Shown here: piece after piece, positions 28,349 to 36,867 of the stretch
How positions within the stretch are numbered: the first letter of the stretch is position 1
Layout: each line of letters opens with the position of its first letter
Origin: an uncultured Verrucomicrobiales bacterium
GTDB lineage: Bacteria; Verrucomicrobiota; Verrucomicrobiia; Verrucomicrobiales; Akkermansiaceae
Length of the DNA: 48,455 nucleotides
Direction: 5' to 3'
Assembly (NCBI GenBank): GCA_937910245.1
Contig: CALEOR010000139.1
Span: 1-48,455, forward strand
Program-made: the position numbers and the translations under genes
Notes under the pieces: generated by a model
The model's input: only the letters and a program-made list of their open reading frames with translations
What the model was told of the DNA's origin: nothing
Databases searched by the model: none

Positions 28349-28427
28349 CAATCCTTCATCTTGGGAACTGTTATAAGAATCGTTTGATGATTGCTCTCCC
28401 TACCTCAAATTCGCTATTCCTTCAGTC

Positions 28428-29330
28428 ATGAAAGGACGCTTTATCCACGACGCCGGAGGCGAATCCTTCGAGCTTGAAGAACATAGTGCCATCGGCCGCA
28501 GTCCGGATTCCGTGGTCCCGGTTGCCGATCCACGGGCATCCCGACGTCATGCCGTCATCCGGCGTCAGGATGATGGCTTCTGGTTCTTCGACCTGGGAAG
28601 TAGCAATGGCAGCTACCTCAATGGCAGGCGGGTCACCACCGCACAGCTCTTGAAAAACGGCGATATGGTCATGATCGGCAACCATCAACTCCGCTTCGAA
28701 GGGACTTCTCTACCCGCAACCCAATCGAGCGCAACCCACTCGCAACAGACCATGATCGGGGTGCAGTCAAAGGACGCCCTCATCCTGGTGAGCGACATTC
28801 AGGGCTTCACCGCGCTCTCGGAGCAACTCTCCCCCGACGAACTCGCCCCCATCATGGGCTCGTGGTATGCCGCCATCGGCCTGGTCCTCGAGGAGCACGG
28901 TGCGACTCTCGACAAGTTCATCGGCGACTGCGTCCTCGCCTATTGGCTGAACACCGCCACACCGACCCGCCTCGCCGCCATGCATGCCGCCCGCGCCATG
29001 CAAAGGGTCGCCGACGAAGTTCAGCGAGATCACCGTGAATCCCTCGCCCGGGTTGACCTGAGTTTTAAAACCGGGGCCGCCATCCACCTTGGATCGGTCG
29101 CCTATGGCGCCATCAGTGCAGGTGAATTCACCCTCTTGGGAGACGCCGTCAATATCACCTTCCGCCTGGAATCCCTCACCCGCAATATCAACAAGCCCGT
29201 CCTCGTCAGCGGCGAATTCCTAACGGGATGGGACAGCGGCCAGGCTCTCTGCGACTCCTGTGGCTCGCATCAGGTCAAAGGCCGTGCCGAACCCGTCGAG
29301 GTCTTCTCTCTCGAACGCGCACCCGAGTGA
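28428..29330 (+). CDS. FHA domain-containing class III adenylate/guanylate cyclase
   Basis: A 300-aa ORF. The FHA core is IGRSPDS...ASRRHAVIRR...DLGSSNGSYLNG. The cyclase core is ILVSDIQGFTALSE...KFIGDCVLAYW...GDAVNITFRLES. Confidence 0.9.
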   Translation: MKGRFIHDAGGESFELEEHSAIGRSPDSVVPVADPRASRRHAVIRRQDDGFWFFDLGSSNGSYLNGRRVTTAQLLKNGDMVMIGNHQLRFEGTSLPATQSSATHSQQTMIGVQSKDALILVSDIQGFTALSEQLSPDELAPIMGSWYAAIGLVLEEHGATLDKFIGDCVLAYWLNTATPTRLAAMHAARAMQRVADEVQRDHRESLARVDLSFKTGAAIHLGSVAYGAISAGEFTLLGDAVNITFRLESLTRNINKPVLVSGEFLTGWDSGQALCDSCGSHQVKGRAEPVEVFSLERAPE

Positions 29331-29349
29331 ACCTCTCCCTTTCCCCGAC

Positions 29350-29898
29350 ATGCCCGACTACACCCGATGGCTCAACGCCTCCACCAACTCGGGTGAAGAC
29401 GACCTCTTTGCCGGCCTTTACACCGAACTGAAGAAAATCGCAGGCGGCCGCATGGCTCTGGAACGGCAGGGCGGCACTCTCGATGCCACCGCCCTCGTCC
29501 ACGAAGCCTGGCTCCGCCTCCAGAAGTCCGCCCCGGAGAAATGGCGCGACCGCAAGCAATTCTTCGCCGCCGCTGCCGAGGCCATGCGCCGCATTCTTGT
29601 CGAATCCGCCCGCCGTCGCCTCGCCGCGAAACGCGGTGCCGGGGAGGACGCCGTCCCGCTCGATGGCCTCGATCTCCCGTCGCCCGTCGCCGATGAACGC
29701 CTCCTCGGCATCCACGAAGTCCTCGACCAACTCGCCCTCGAGGACGAACTCAAGGCCCACATCGTCAAACTCCGCTTCTTCGGCGGCATGAATCACGACG
29801 AGATTGCCGCCCTTCTCGAAATCAGCGAAAAAACCGTCCGCCGCCACTGGTCCCTCGCCAAAATCTGGCTCTACCGGGCCATGAAAAAAGAAGACTGA
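29350..29898 (+). CDS. ECF sigma factor, TIGR02999-like (kinase-associated type)
   Basis: I chose the start at MPDYTRWLNAS, parallel to MADVTRWLNAS of the 39981 paralog. It lies 19 nt after the cyclase stop. The same signature blocks as in 18600-19139 are present (LVHEAWLRL, FFAAAAEAMRRILVESAR, VKLRFFGGM...EKTVRRHW). Confidence 0.9.
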   Translation: MPDYTRWLNASTNSGEDDLFAGLYTELKKIAGGRMALERQGGTLDATALVHEAWLRLQKSAPEKWRDRKQFFAAAAEAMRRILVESARRRLAAKRGAGEDAVPLDGLDLPSPVADERLLGIHEVLDQLALEDELKAHIVKLRFFGGMNHDEIAALLEISEKTVRRHWSLAKIWLYRAMKKED

Positions 29899-29905
29899 GA
29901 TTTCC

Positions 29906-29933
29906 TGTCCGTTTTTCCCACCCTTTCACGCGT
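29906..29933 (+). promoter_or_regulatory. Candidate ECF-type promoter TGTCCG-N16-ACGCGT
   Basis: A copy of the bipartite motif in the 46-nt sigma-kinase spacer. The -10-like box ends 11 nt before the kinase ATG at 29945. Confidence 0.5.
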
Positions 29934-29944
29934 GCCCCCTTGTT

Positions 29945-32599
29945 ATGACCACTCCCGCCCAAGACCTCTTCGCCCAGGCCCACGACCTGGATCCCGACGC
30001 TCGTGAGGCCTTCCTTGCCAAAGCCTGTGGCGACGACGCCGAACTCCACCTCGAGGTCCAGCGCCTCCTCGTCGATGCCGAGAAGGCCCAATCCTTCTTT
30101 GCGGACACCGAAGGTGCCACCATCGGCGCCGAGGAATTCGACGAGACCTACACCGAGGCCGAGGGCGACGTCGTCGGCCCCTACACCCTGCGCCAACAAA
30201 TTGGCGAGGGCGGCTTCGGCACCGTCTGGATGGCCGAGCAAAGCGAACCCATCTCGCGCATGGTCGCCCTCAAGGTCATCAAGGCCGGGATGGACACCAA
30301 GCAGGTCCTCGCCCGCTTCGAGGCCGAGCGCCAGGCCGTCGCGATGATGGATCACCCCAATATCGCCAAAGTCCTCGACGCCGGTGCCACTTCCACCGGC
30401 CGACCCTACTTCGCGATGGAGCTCGTCAAGGGCATCCCCATCACCCAGTTCTGCGATCAGCAGAAGTTTGGCCCCAAACGCCGCCTCGAGCTCTTCCGCG
30501 ACGTCTGCGCCGCCGTCCAACACGCCCACCAGAAGGGCATCATCCACCGCGACCTCAAGCCCTCCAACATCATGGTCACCCTCGCCGCCGATGTCCCGGT
30601 GGTGAAGGTCATCGACTTCGGCATCGCCAAGGCCACCCAAAACAAGCTCACCGAAAAGACCCTCTTCACCCGCTTCGAGCAGTTCCTCGGCACCCCGGTC
30701 TACATGAGCCCCGAGCAGGCCGCGATGAGTGCGATCGACATCGACACCCGCTCGGACATCTACAGCCTCGGCGTCCTTCTTTACGAACTCCTCGCCGGTG
30801 CCCCGCCCTTCGATCAAAAGTCGCTCCTCTCCGCCGGTTACGACGAAATGCGCCGCATCATCGTGGAAGACGAACCGCCCAAGCCCAGTACCCGCTGCAC
30901 CGAGACCCAAGCCAATACCACGACCGGAACCGGATCAAAGCCCAGGAAATCTCATCTCAGCCCCAGCGCCCTGAAGGGCGAACTGGACTGGATCGTGATG
31001 AAGGCCATCGAGAAGGACCGCACCCGTCGCTACGAGACCGCCAACGCCTTCGCCTCCGACATCGGGCGCTACCTTTCCGACGAACCGGTGCAAGCCGCCG
31101 CGCCAAGTTCCACCTACAAGTTCAAGAAATTCGCCCGGCGCAACAAGGCCGCCTTTTCGGTGGCCGCCGCGATGCTCGTCTTGCTCCTCGCAGGCATCGC
31201 CACCACCAGCTGGCAGGCGGTGCGGGCCACGCAAGAGGCCGAACGGGCGACCCAGGCCGAGAAAAAAGCCACCGAAGAGAGCGAGGCCAAGACCGCAGCG
31301 CTCGAGGACGCCAAAGCGACCTCGAAGTTCCTGACCGACATGTTCAAGAGCTCCCGGCCCGGCGAGGAGAAGGGCGGGCGCAAGGTCAAGGTCGCAGAAG
31401 TCCTCGATCGGGCCGCGAAGCAACTGGATGACGACACCCAAATGCTCCCGAGAACGCGCGCAGTGCTGCAGGGGGCACTTGGAAAAACCTACAATGCCCT
31501 CGGGCTCTATCCACAGGCCATCCCGCTGCTGGAACAGGTATGGAAGTACTCCCTCGCAGCCCTCAGCCCGGAGCACCCCGACACGCTCGAGGCGATGGGC
31601 AACCTGGCGATTTCCTACCAGCGTGCCGGCCACCGGGTCGAGTCGATCAAAATTTTAGAGAAGGTGTTGCTGCTCCAGCGCAAAGTGCTCGACCCGGAGC
31701 ACCCCGACACGCTCAGATCGATGAACAGTCTGGCGCATTGCTACCACGCCGCCGGCCGCTGGGACGAGGCGCTCAAGATGCAAGAAGAGTTGCTGCCGCT
31801 GTGCCTGCAGGTGAGCGGCCCGAAGCACCCCGACACGCTCGTAGCAATGGCCTCCCTGGTGGAATCCTACTACTATGTAGACCGCCGGGACAAGATGCGC
31901 AAAGTGCTCGAGGAGCTGCTGCCGTTATCCAACGAGGTGTTCAAACCGGAGCACCCCTTCACGCTCCAGGCGAAGCGCGGCCTGGCGATTTTACACTCCG
32001 ATGCCGGCCGACTGGACGAGGCGATCAAGCTGGGCGAGGAGGTGCTGGCACTTTCCCTCAAGGCGGTTGGCCCGAAGCATTTCATCACGCTCCAGGTAAT
32101 GGGCTCCCTGGCGGATTTCTACTCCGATGATGGTCGCCGTGACGAGGCGATTAAGCTGGGCGAGGAAGTGCTGGCGCTTTCCCGCGAGGTGAATGGCCCC
32201 AAGCACCACAACACGCTCTCGATGATGAGCACTCTCTCAATCATTTACAACGATGCCGGGCGAAGCGCAGACGCGATCAAGCTCGGAAAATCGGGTCTCG
32301 ATTTGCATTTGAAAGTCATTGGGGAGAAGCACCCCGACACCCTCAATGCCATGACCAACCTCGCCATCTGTTATCAAGTGGCCGACCGCCTCAAGGAGGC
32401 CATTGCCCTGGAGGAAAAGGCGCTCGGGCTGAAACGTCGGATCCTTCGGTCCGGGCATCGGAAAACGATCGAATCGATGGACAACCTCGCCACCTACTAC
32501 GAGAAGGCGGACCGCAAGGAGGAAGCAAAGCCCCTCCGCGACGAGATCGCCAAGCTCAAAGCGGACGCCGCCAAAGCAACACCCCCGCCCACAGAATGA
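29945..32599 (+). CDS. Hanks-type Ser/Thr protein kinase, single TM, C-terminal TPR sensor
   Basis: An 884-aa ORF with kinase motifs GEGGFGTVW, VALK, HRDLKPSN, DFG and SPE. The TM helix is AAFSVAAAMLVLLLAGIATT. Eight clear 42-aa TPR_12-like units follow (EHPDTL...). Confidence 0.92.
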   Translation: MTTPAQDLFAQAHDLDPDAREAFLAKACGDDAELHLEVQRLLVDAEKAQSFFADTEGATIGAEEFDETYTEAEGDVVGPYTLRQQIGEGGFGTVWMAEQSEPISRMVALKVIKAGMDTKQVLARFEAERQAVAMMDHPNIAKVLDAGATSTGRPYFAMELVKGIPITQFCDQQKFGPKRRLELFRDVCAAVQHAHQKGIIHRDLKPSNIMVTLAADVPVVKVIDFGIAKATQNKLTEKTLFTRFEQFLGTPVYMSPEQAAMSAIDIDTRSDIYSLGVLLYELLAGAPPFDQKSLLSAGYDEMRRIIVEDEPPKPSTRCTETQANTTTGTGSKPRKSHLSPSALKGELDWIVMKAIEKDRTRRYETANAFASDIGRYLSDEPVQAAAPSSTYKFKKFARRNKAAFSVAAAMLVLLLAGIATTSWQAVRATQEAERATQAEKKATEESEAKTAALEDAKATSKFLTDMFKSSRPGEEKGGRKVKVAEVLDRAAKQLDDDTQMLPRTRAVLQGALGKTYNALGLYPQAIPLLEQVWKYSLAALSPEHPDTLEAMGNLAISYQRAGHRVESIKILEKVLLLQRKVLDPEHPDTLRSMNSLAHCYHAAGRWDEALKMQEELLPLCLQVSGPKHPDTLVAMASLVESYYYVDRRDKMRKVLEELLPLSNEVFKPEHPFTLQAKRGLAILHSDAGRLDEAIKLGEEVLALSLKAVGPKHFITLQVMGSLADFYSDDGRRDEAIKLGEEVLALSREVNGPKHHNTLSMMSTLSIIYNDAGRSADAIKLGKSGLDLHLKVIGEKHPDTLNAMTNLAICYQVADRLKEAIALEEKALGLKRRILRSGHRKTIESMDNLATYYEKADRKEEAKPLRDEIAKLKADAAKATPPPTE

Positions 32600-32748
32600 T
32601 CACCCTTGCCCTGAGCATCTTTGCCCGGGCTCAGGACCAGGCCACGACTGTAGCCGGCTTTGCCCATTGACACCCATCCCACCGTGATGATCGAATGGGA
32701 TGATCGGACGAGTGACAAGTTGAAGACCTCTTTCTGACCTCTCTCCTT

Positions 32749-32828
32749 AAAGAAGAACTTCTTTCGCAACAGTCTCCCCTAAAAAAGAAATCTTTACTTC
32801 ATCCCCCTCTAGAGAAAGAATTCTTTCT
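32749..32828. promoter_or_regulatory. Three AAAGAA/TTCTTT palindromes (operator-like array) upstream of fic
   Basis: The palindromes are AAAGAAGaaCTTCTTT (32749-32764), AAAGAaaTCTTT (32784-32795) and AGAAAGAATTCTTTCT (32813-32828). Their centres are 33 and 31 bp apart. The last ends 2 nt before the ATG at 32831. Confidence 0.5.
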
Positions 32829-32830
32829 TA

Positions 32831-34012
32831 ATGAATCAGCTCCGTGTCACAGGCAGCGCCGAAACCACGACTGTGGCAGGAGAAGGAGTGGCTGCATTCG
32901 TGCCGCTTCCCTTGCCGCCGGTGGCTCCCTCGCTGGAGCTCAACGAAGCGATGCGGGAACAGATCCGCGCCGCCGAGGAAGGCCTCCGTCGATTGGAACT
33001 GGCTGGGGAGATGGTGCCTTCGCTTGACTGGTTCATCTACGGCTTCGTGCGCAAGGAGGCCGTCCTCTCCTCCCAGATCGAGGGCACGCAGGCGACTCTG
33101 GTGGATCTCCTGAACTTCGAGGCCAGGGGGAGCCACGAAGCGCCGGAGAACGCCGACATCCGGGAAGTCTGCAACTCCCTGGAAGCACTCGACCATGCCC
33201 GCGACCAGCTCCGCCGCCCGGACGGGTTGCCCCTTTCGATGCGCCTCCTGAACGAAGCTCACGCCCGCCTGATGCAGGGAGCGAGAGGAGCCGACAAACT
33301 TCCCGGCGAGATCCGTCGAAGCCAGAACTGGATCGGTGGCACCCGCCCGGGCAATGCCACCTTCGTGCCGGCCCCGCCTCACCGACTCGACGGCCTCTTG
33401 TCGGATTTTGAAAAATACCTGCATGCGGACGACGACGAACTCCCCCCGCTGGTGAGGGCAGGGCTCCTGCACGTTCAGTTCGAGACCATCCACCCCTACC
33501 TCGATGGCAACGGCCGGATCGGGCGGCTTCTGGTCATGCTCTTACTCGAGGACTGGGGGCTTCTCGCGGCCCCGCTGCTCTACCTGAGCCTGTTCTTCAA
33601 GCGGCACCGCGGCGAATACTACCGGCGGCTCGCCGCTGTTAGGACGGATGGCGACTGGGAGGGCTGGACGTCCTTCTTCCTCGAAGCCGTCGCGACGATC
33701 GCCGGGGAGGCGGTCTCGACGGCCCGCGATCTCTTCGCCCTGGTCAGTCGCGACCGGGCGCGCGTCCTGACCACTCCCGGCAGTACCGTGATCGCCGCCC
33801 GCTTGTTCGAGATGCTGCCGCAGCATCCGGTCATCACGATCGGGTCGGCGGTGACGCTGCTGGAGACCACCCGGCCGACCGCCACCAAGGCAGTGACGGC
33901 CTTGGTCCATGCCGGTGTGCTGGCGGAGACCTCCGGCAAGAAGCGCGACCGCTCGTTCGGCTATGCGGCCTATCTTGATCTGCTGAAAGTGGGGACGGGG
34001 CTCGAGCGGTAA
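32831..34012 (+). CDS. Fic family protein (putative AMPylase) with N-terminal inhibitory motif and C-terminal winged-helix region
   Basis: A 393-aa ORF. The Fic active-site motif is HPYLDGNGRIGR. The N-terminal SSQIEG fits the [ST]xxxE[GN] auto-inhibition motif (class II arrangement). The C-terminal ~90 aa are wHTH-like. Confidence 0.9.
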   Translation: MNQLRVTGSAETTTVAGEGVAAFVPLPLPPVAPSLELNEAMREQIRAAEEGLRRLELAGEMVPSLDWFIYGFVRKEAVLSSQIEGTQATLVDLLNFEARGSHEAPENADIREVCNSLEALDHARDQLRRPDGLPLSMRLLNEAHARLMQGARGADKLPGEIRRSQNWIGGTRPGNATFVPAPPHRLDGLLSDFEKYLHADDDELPPLVRAGLLHVQFETIHPYLDGNGRIGRLLVMLLLEDWGLLAAPLLYLSLFFKRHRGEYYRRLAAVRTDGDWEGWTSFFLEAVATIAGEAVSTARDLFALVSRDRARVLTTPGSTVIAARLFEMLPQHPVITIGSAVTLLETTRPTATKAVTALVHAGVLAETSGKKRDRSFGYAAYLDLLKVGTGLER

Positions 34013-34155
34013 GTAATCGAAACAGGCTCCGCTCAAAAGACAGAGAGAAAGGCCCTCTGCAGAGCGGAAGGCTGGGAACTCCGTCCTCGTCCCACCCCAT
34101 CCCTGAGGGAAACTGACAGCACCGAGTCGTAGGAATTTGCTCCGGTGGGAAAAGG

Positions 34156-34192
34156 AAAAAGCCCCCTGCCGGCAAGGTGCCGTCAGGGGGCT
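34156..34192 (-). terminator. Rho-independent terminator (serves the minus-strand gene; sits between convergent genes)
   Basis: The stem is GCCCCCTG (34161-34168) pairing with CAGGGGGC (34184-34191). On the minus strand it is followed by TTTTTCCTTTTC. It lies 20 nt after the stop at 34212. Confidence 0.7.
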
Positions 34193-34211
34193 TGGGAAAT
34201 CCTCGGGAGGA

Positions 34212-35039
34212 CTACCTCCGGCGCCGTGCCAGGAGCCATCCAAACGCGGAGACCAGCAGGACGCTCGATGACGGTTCGGGAACCGGCGTAAATGACTGAC
34301 CGGCCGTAAGCCCATCAATGTCATTTTTGACAGCCGATAATCCAACCAAATCAAAGAATCCAATGTTCGTTCCAAAAGCGCCGGCTGCGGGCGACTCCGG
34401 GGCTGACCCGAGAAAGCCCATACCGGCCACTAACTCAGTTCCTAAGAGCATTGAATGGTCTAATGACGGCCCCCCACTCGTGGTGGGAAATACGAAGGCC
34501 TGAATCGTTGGATCCGTCGGATAGGGTGCGAATGGGAGACCCAAGTCAAAAGGATCCGACATGGTCTGCGGAGCACCGTCTATTGTGACGTAGAAAAATC
34601 CAAATCCTGAGACCTCCGACAGAACCGCTTGCCCGCCGGAATCAACGACTTCAATTCCGAAAAGGTGAAGGCAACCTGGTAGAATTGGGTCAGGCACAAG
34701 AGGCGTCCCCACAACAGTTTCGGAAGTAAACGAGAAAAACGTGGATCCGTCGGGCTGGTCCGTTCTCACGGCCGAATGCCTCCCACCACCAACGACCATG
34801 GGCGGACCGGTCGTCGGAAACTCCCCCTCAATCTCACCATCAAAAAAGTTCTCCGTGTGAAAAGTGATGCTGGCTCCGTTTGCATCGGACGGATGTGCGA
34901 AGCCCGACCAGGCTACGACACCAATCAAACTCAGTTGCGAGAGGGAGGAACAAGCGAGGAACTCGCGATTAAGGATTTTTTTCATGATACGAATTGGGGG
35001 TTGTTTTGGTTTCTTTTGCCGGGCGCTTTTGCCCGTCAT
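34212..35039 (-). CDS. PEP-CTERM domain secreted protein
   Basis: A 275-aa ORF with C-terminal VPEPSSSVLLVSAFGWLLARRRR. The start at 35039 lies 6 nt downstream of a promoter-like motif, suggesting a leaderless mRNA. The alternative start MKKILNREF at 34985 gives a more canonical signal peptide. Confidence 0.8.
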   Translation of the reverse strand: MTGKSARQKKPKQPPIRIMKKILNREFLACSSLSQLSLIGVVAWSGFAHPSDANGASITFHTENFFDGEIEGEFPTTGPPMVVGGGRHSAVRTDQPDGSTFFSFTSETVVGTPLVPDPILPGCLHLFGIEVVDSGGQAVLSEVSGFGFFYVTIDGAPQTMSDPFDLGLPFAPYPTDPTIQAFVFPTTSGGPSLDHSMLLGTELVAGMGFLGSAPESPAAGAFGTNIGFFDLVGLSAVKNDIDGLTAGQSFTPVPEPSSSVLLVSAFGWLLARRRR

Positions 35040-35045
35040 CCCCCC

Positions 35046-35073
35046 ATGCGTATTCCGGCTAAAAAAACGGACA
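35046..35073 (-). promoter_or_regulatory. Candidate ECF-type promoter TGTCCG-N16-ACGCAT (minus strand)
   Basis: The minus strand reads TGTCCG-TTTTTTTAGCCGGAAT-ACGCAT-GGGGGG-ATG. This is the only minus-strand copy, and it is correctly oriented for the minus-strand gene. Confidence 0.5.
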
Positions 35074-35447
35074 GTTAAGTTTCATTATTTTCGCAAAACA
35101 AAAATTACGCCTGCACACCGCGTCGAAACCCGGGGCGATATTGGGCGGAAAGATGAAGCCAAGAAAGCGCCCCGTGCTTGGGACATCTTCTCCATCAAGG
35201 TCGGGAAATCCCACAAAACATCGACTGAGAAGATATTATGAACTTCATGATCGATTATGAGGATCAATGCCCTCCGGCATAGTGTCCTGTCGTCAATCAA
35301 AACAGAAACCATGAATCCATTCACCAAACCCGCCCACTTCCTCACCATCTCCCTCACGGCCACCACCGCCCACGACAGTCTTGGTGCCTTCCTCCCTGTA
35401 GACGGTGACACCGCCAGCCCTCTGGCGCTTACTCTCCACACAATATA

Positions 35448-36707
35448 GTGATGAACAGCAATTTAACCAAGCGAGGCTTCCTCTCCCTGACCGTCGCACA
35501 ATTTTTTGGGGCGGCGAACGACAACCTTCTGAAGGTCGTACTCAGTTTTGCCGTGGGAACAGGCCTCTGGTATACCTTGCTAGGAGAGGGAGGAGTGGCT
35601 TACATCGGGCTTTGTTTTACGATGCCGTTCATTTTTCTTTCGGGTTACGCAGGACAATTGGCGGATCGAATCAGTAAACAAAAGATCTCCTACTGGGTGA
35701 AAGTCGCAGAGATCGGGATCACTTTGGTGGCGATGCTGGGATTCTGGCAGGGTAATTTATGGATCACCATGGGAGCGATGATTCTCCTGGCGATTCAAAG
35801 TGCTTTTTTTGGACCGGCCAAGTATGGCATGATTCCCGAGTTGGTGGACAAGGGAGATCTCAGCCGCGCCAATGGCGTGATCAATATGTCGACGAACATC
35901 GCCGTGATCGCGGGAACCGTGTTGGCGGGGCATGTGTCTGATGCCTATCAAGGGATCGACACGGATATGCCGCTTTCCTGGCTGCCGGGAGTGGCATTGG
36001 TAGGTGTCGCCATTCTGGGTTGGGTCGCGATTTCATTCATGCCTCGAATGGAGGCGATGGATCCTGATCTGAAGTTCGACTGGAATCCATTCGGGGTTTA
36101 CCTGACGGCCTTGAAAGAAATGAGCCGTAGTCCTTTGCTGACCGTGGCCTGTGCGTGGTCGACCTTCTACATGATCGGGATGCTGGCACTGACGATCTTG
36201 TTGGCGTATCCGAAACTGTTCGTGCTAAGTGACAGCGAAGGAGCTATGCTGCTCGGAGTGCTGGGAGTGTCAATTGGCATGGGGAGTGTGCTGGCGGGGC
36301 TGATTTCCGGACACACCATTAAACCGAAACTGATTCCGGTCGGGGCGATTGGAATGACGATCTTCTTCGCGGCCTTGGGACTGGCTCCCATGAATTACGG
36401 AATCGTGGCAACTTTCATTGCCGGTGTCGGCGTGTTTGCGGGTTTCTACATCGTTCCCTTGCAGGCACTTCTCCAGCATCTCTCACCCGATGACGAACGG
36501 GGCCGGTTTCTGGGAACCGCAAACGCGATGTCCTTTGTCGCGAGTTCGATAGGGCTCTTGATTTATATATTTACAGTCCGGGTGCTTGGGATGGAACCCA
36601 ATCGGGTGTTCTTAATTTGTGCAGGGTTGGCGTTTTTCGGGACGGGTGCCTTGATCTGGCGGATGCGTAAACTGATGGCGAAGGAAGCGAATAAAGAGGC
36701 TGCCTGA
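35448..36707 (+). CDS. MFS transporter (LplT-like lysophospholipid-transporter type)
   Basis: A 419-aa ORF with ~12 TM helices. The N-terminus FLSLTVAQFFGAANDNLLKVVL resembles the MFS module of LplT/Aas-type proteins. Confidence 0.8.
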   Translation: MMNSNLTKRGFLSLTVAQFFGAANDNLLKVVLSFAVGTGLWYTLLGEGGVAYIGLCFTMPFIFLSGYAGQLADRISKQKISYWVKVAEIGITLVAMLGFWQGNLWITMGAMILLAIQSAFFGPAKYGMIPELVDKGDLSRANGVINMSTNIAVIAGTVLAGHVSDAYQGIDTDMPLSWLPGVALVGVAILGWVAISFMPRMEAMDPDLKFDWNPFGVYLTALKEMSRSPLLTVACAWSTFYMIGMLALTILLAYPKLFVLSDSEGAMLLGVLGVSIGMGSVLAGLISGHTIKPKLIPVGAIGMTIFFAALGLAPMNYGIVATFIAGVGVFAGFYIVPLQALLQHLSPDDERGRFLGTANAMSFVASSIGLLIYIFTVRVLGMEPNRVFLICAGLAFFGTGALIWRMRKLMAKEANKEAA

Positions 36708-36747
36708 ACCCCTGAATGAACGAACGATGGCTGATGTGATCCGTTGG
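36473..36747 (+). repeat. Direct repeat copy 1: MFS 3' end plus the first 7 codons of an ECF sigma gene
   Basis: It aligns with 39679-40001 at ~88% identity, apart from a ~48-nt indel after the MFS stop. ATGGCTGATGTGATCCGTTGG (36727-36747) matches the start MADVTRW of the intact sigma gene at 39981. Homology then stops abruptly. Confidence 0.8.
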
Positions 36748-36802
36748 ATACTCTTGCCGGTTTGGTCTGATTCGAAACCCGCCGGCGTTCCGCTACAAAG
36801 AC

Positions 36803-36837
36803 AAAAAAGCGAGCGCTCAATGAAGAGCGACCGCTTT
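36803..36837 (-). terminator. Rho-independent terminator for the thioredoxin-like gene
   Basis: The minus strand reads AAGCGGTCGCTC-ttcatt-GAGCGCTCGCTT-TTTTTG: a 12-position stem (10 Watson-Crick pairs, one G-U pair and one T/C mismatch). It lies 31 nt after the stop at 36868. Confidence 0.75.
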
Positions 36838-36867
36838 GAAATTAGCCAATAACGAATTCCTAATTCC

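Noticed and set aside
31540-32500. Periodic 126-bp and 123-bp repeats (31540-32500 and 43799-44390), considered as a CRISPR-like or satellite array.
   Set aside because: The repeats are in-frame TPR and WD40 coding units inside long kinase ORFs. There is no spacer/repeat alternation.
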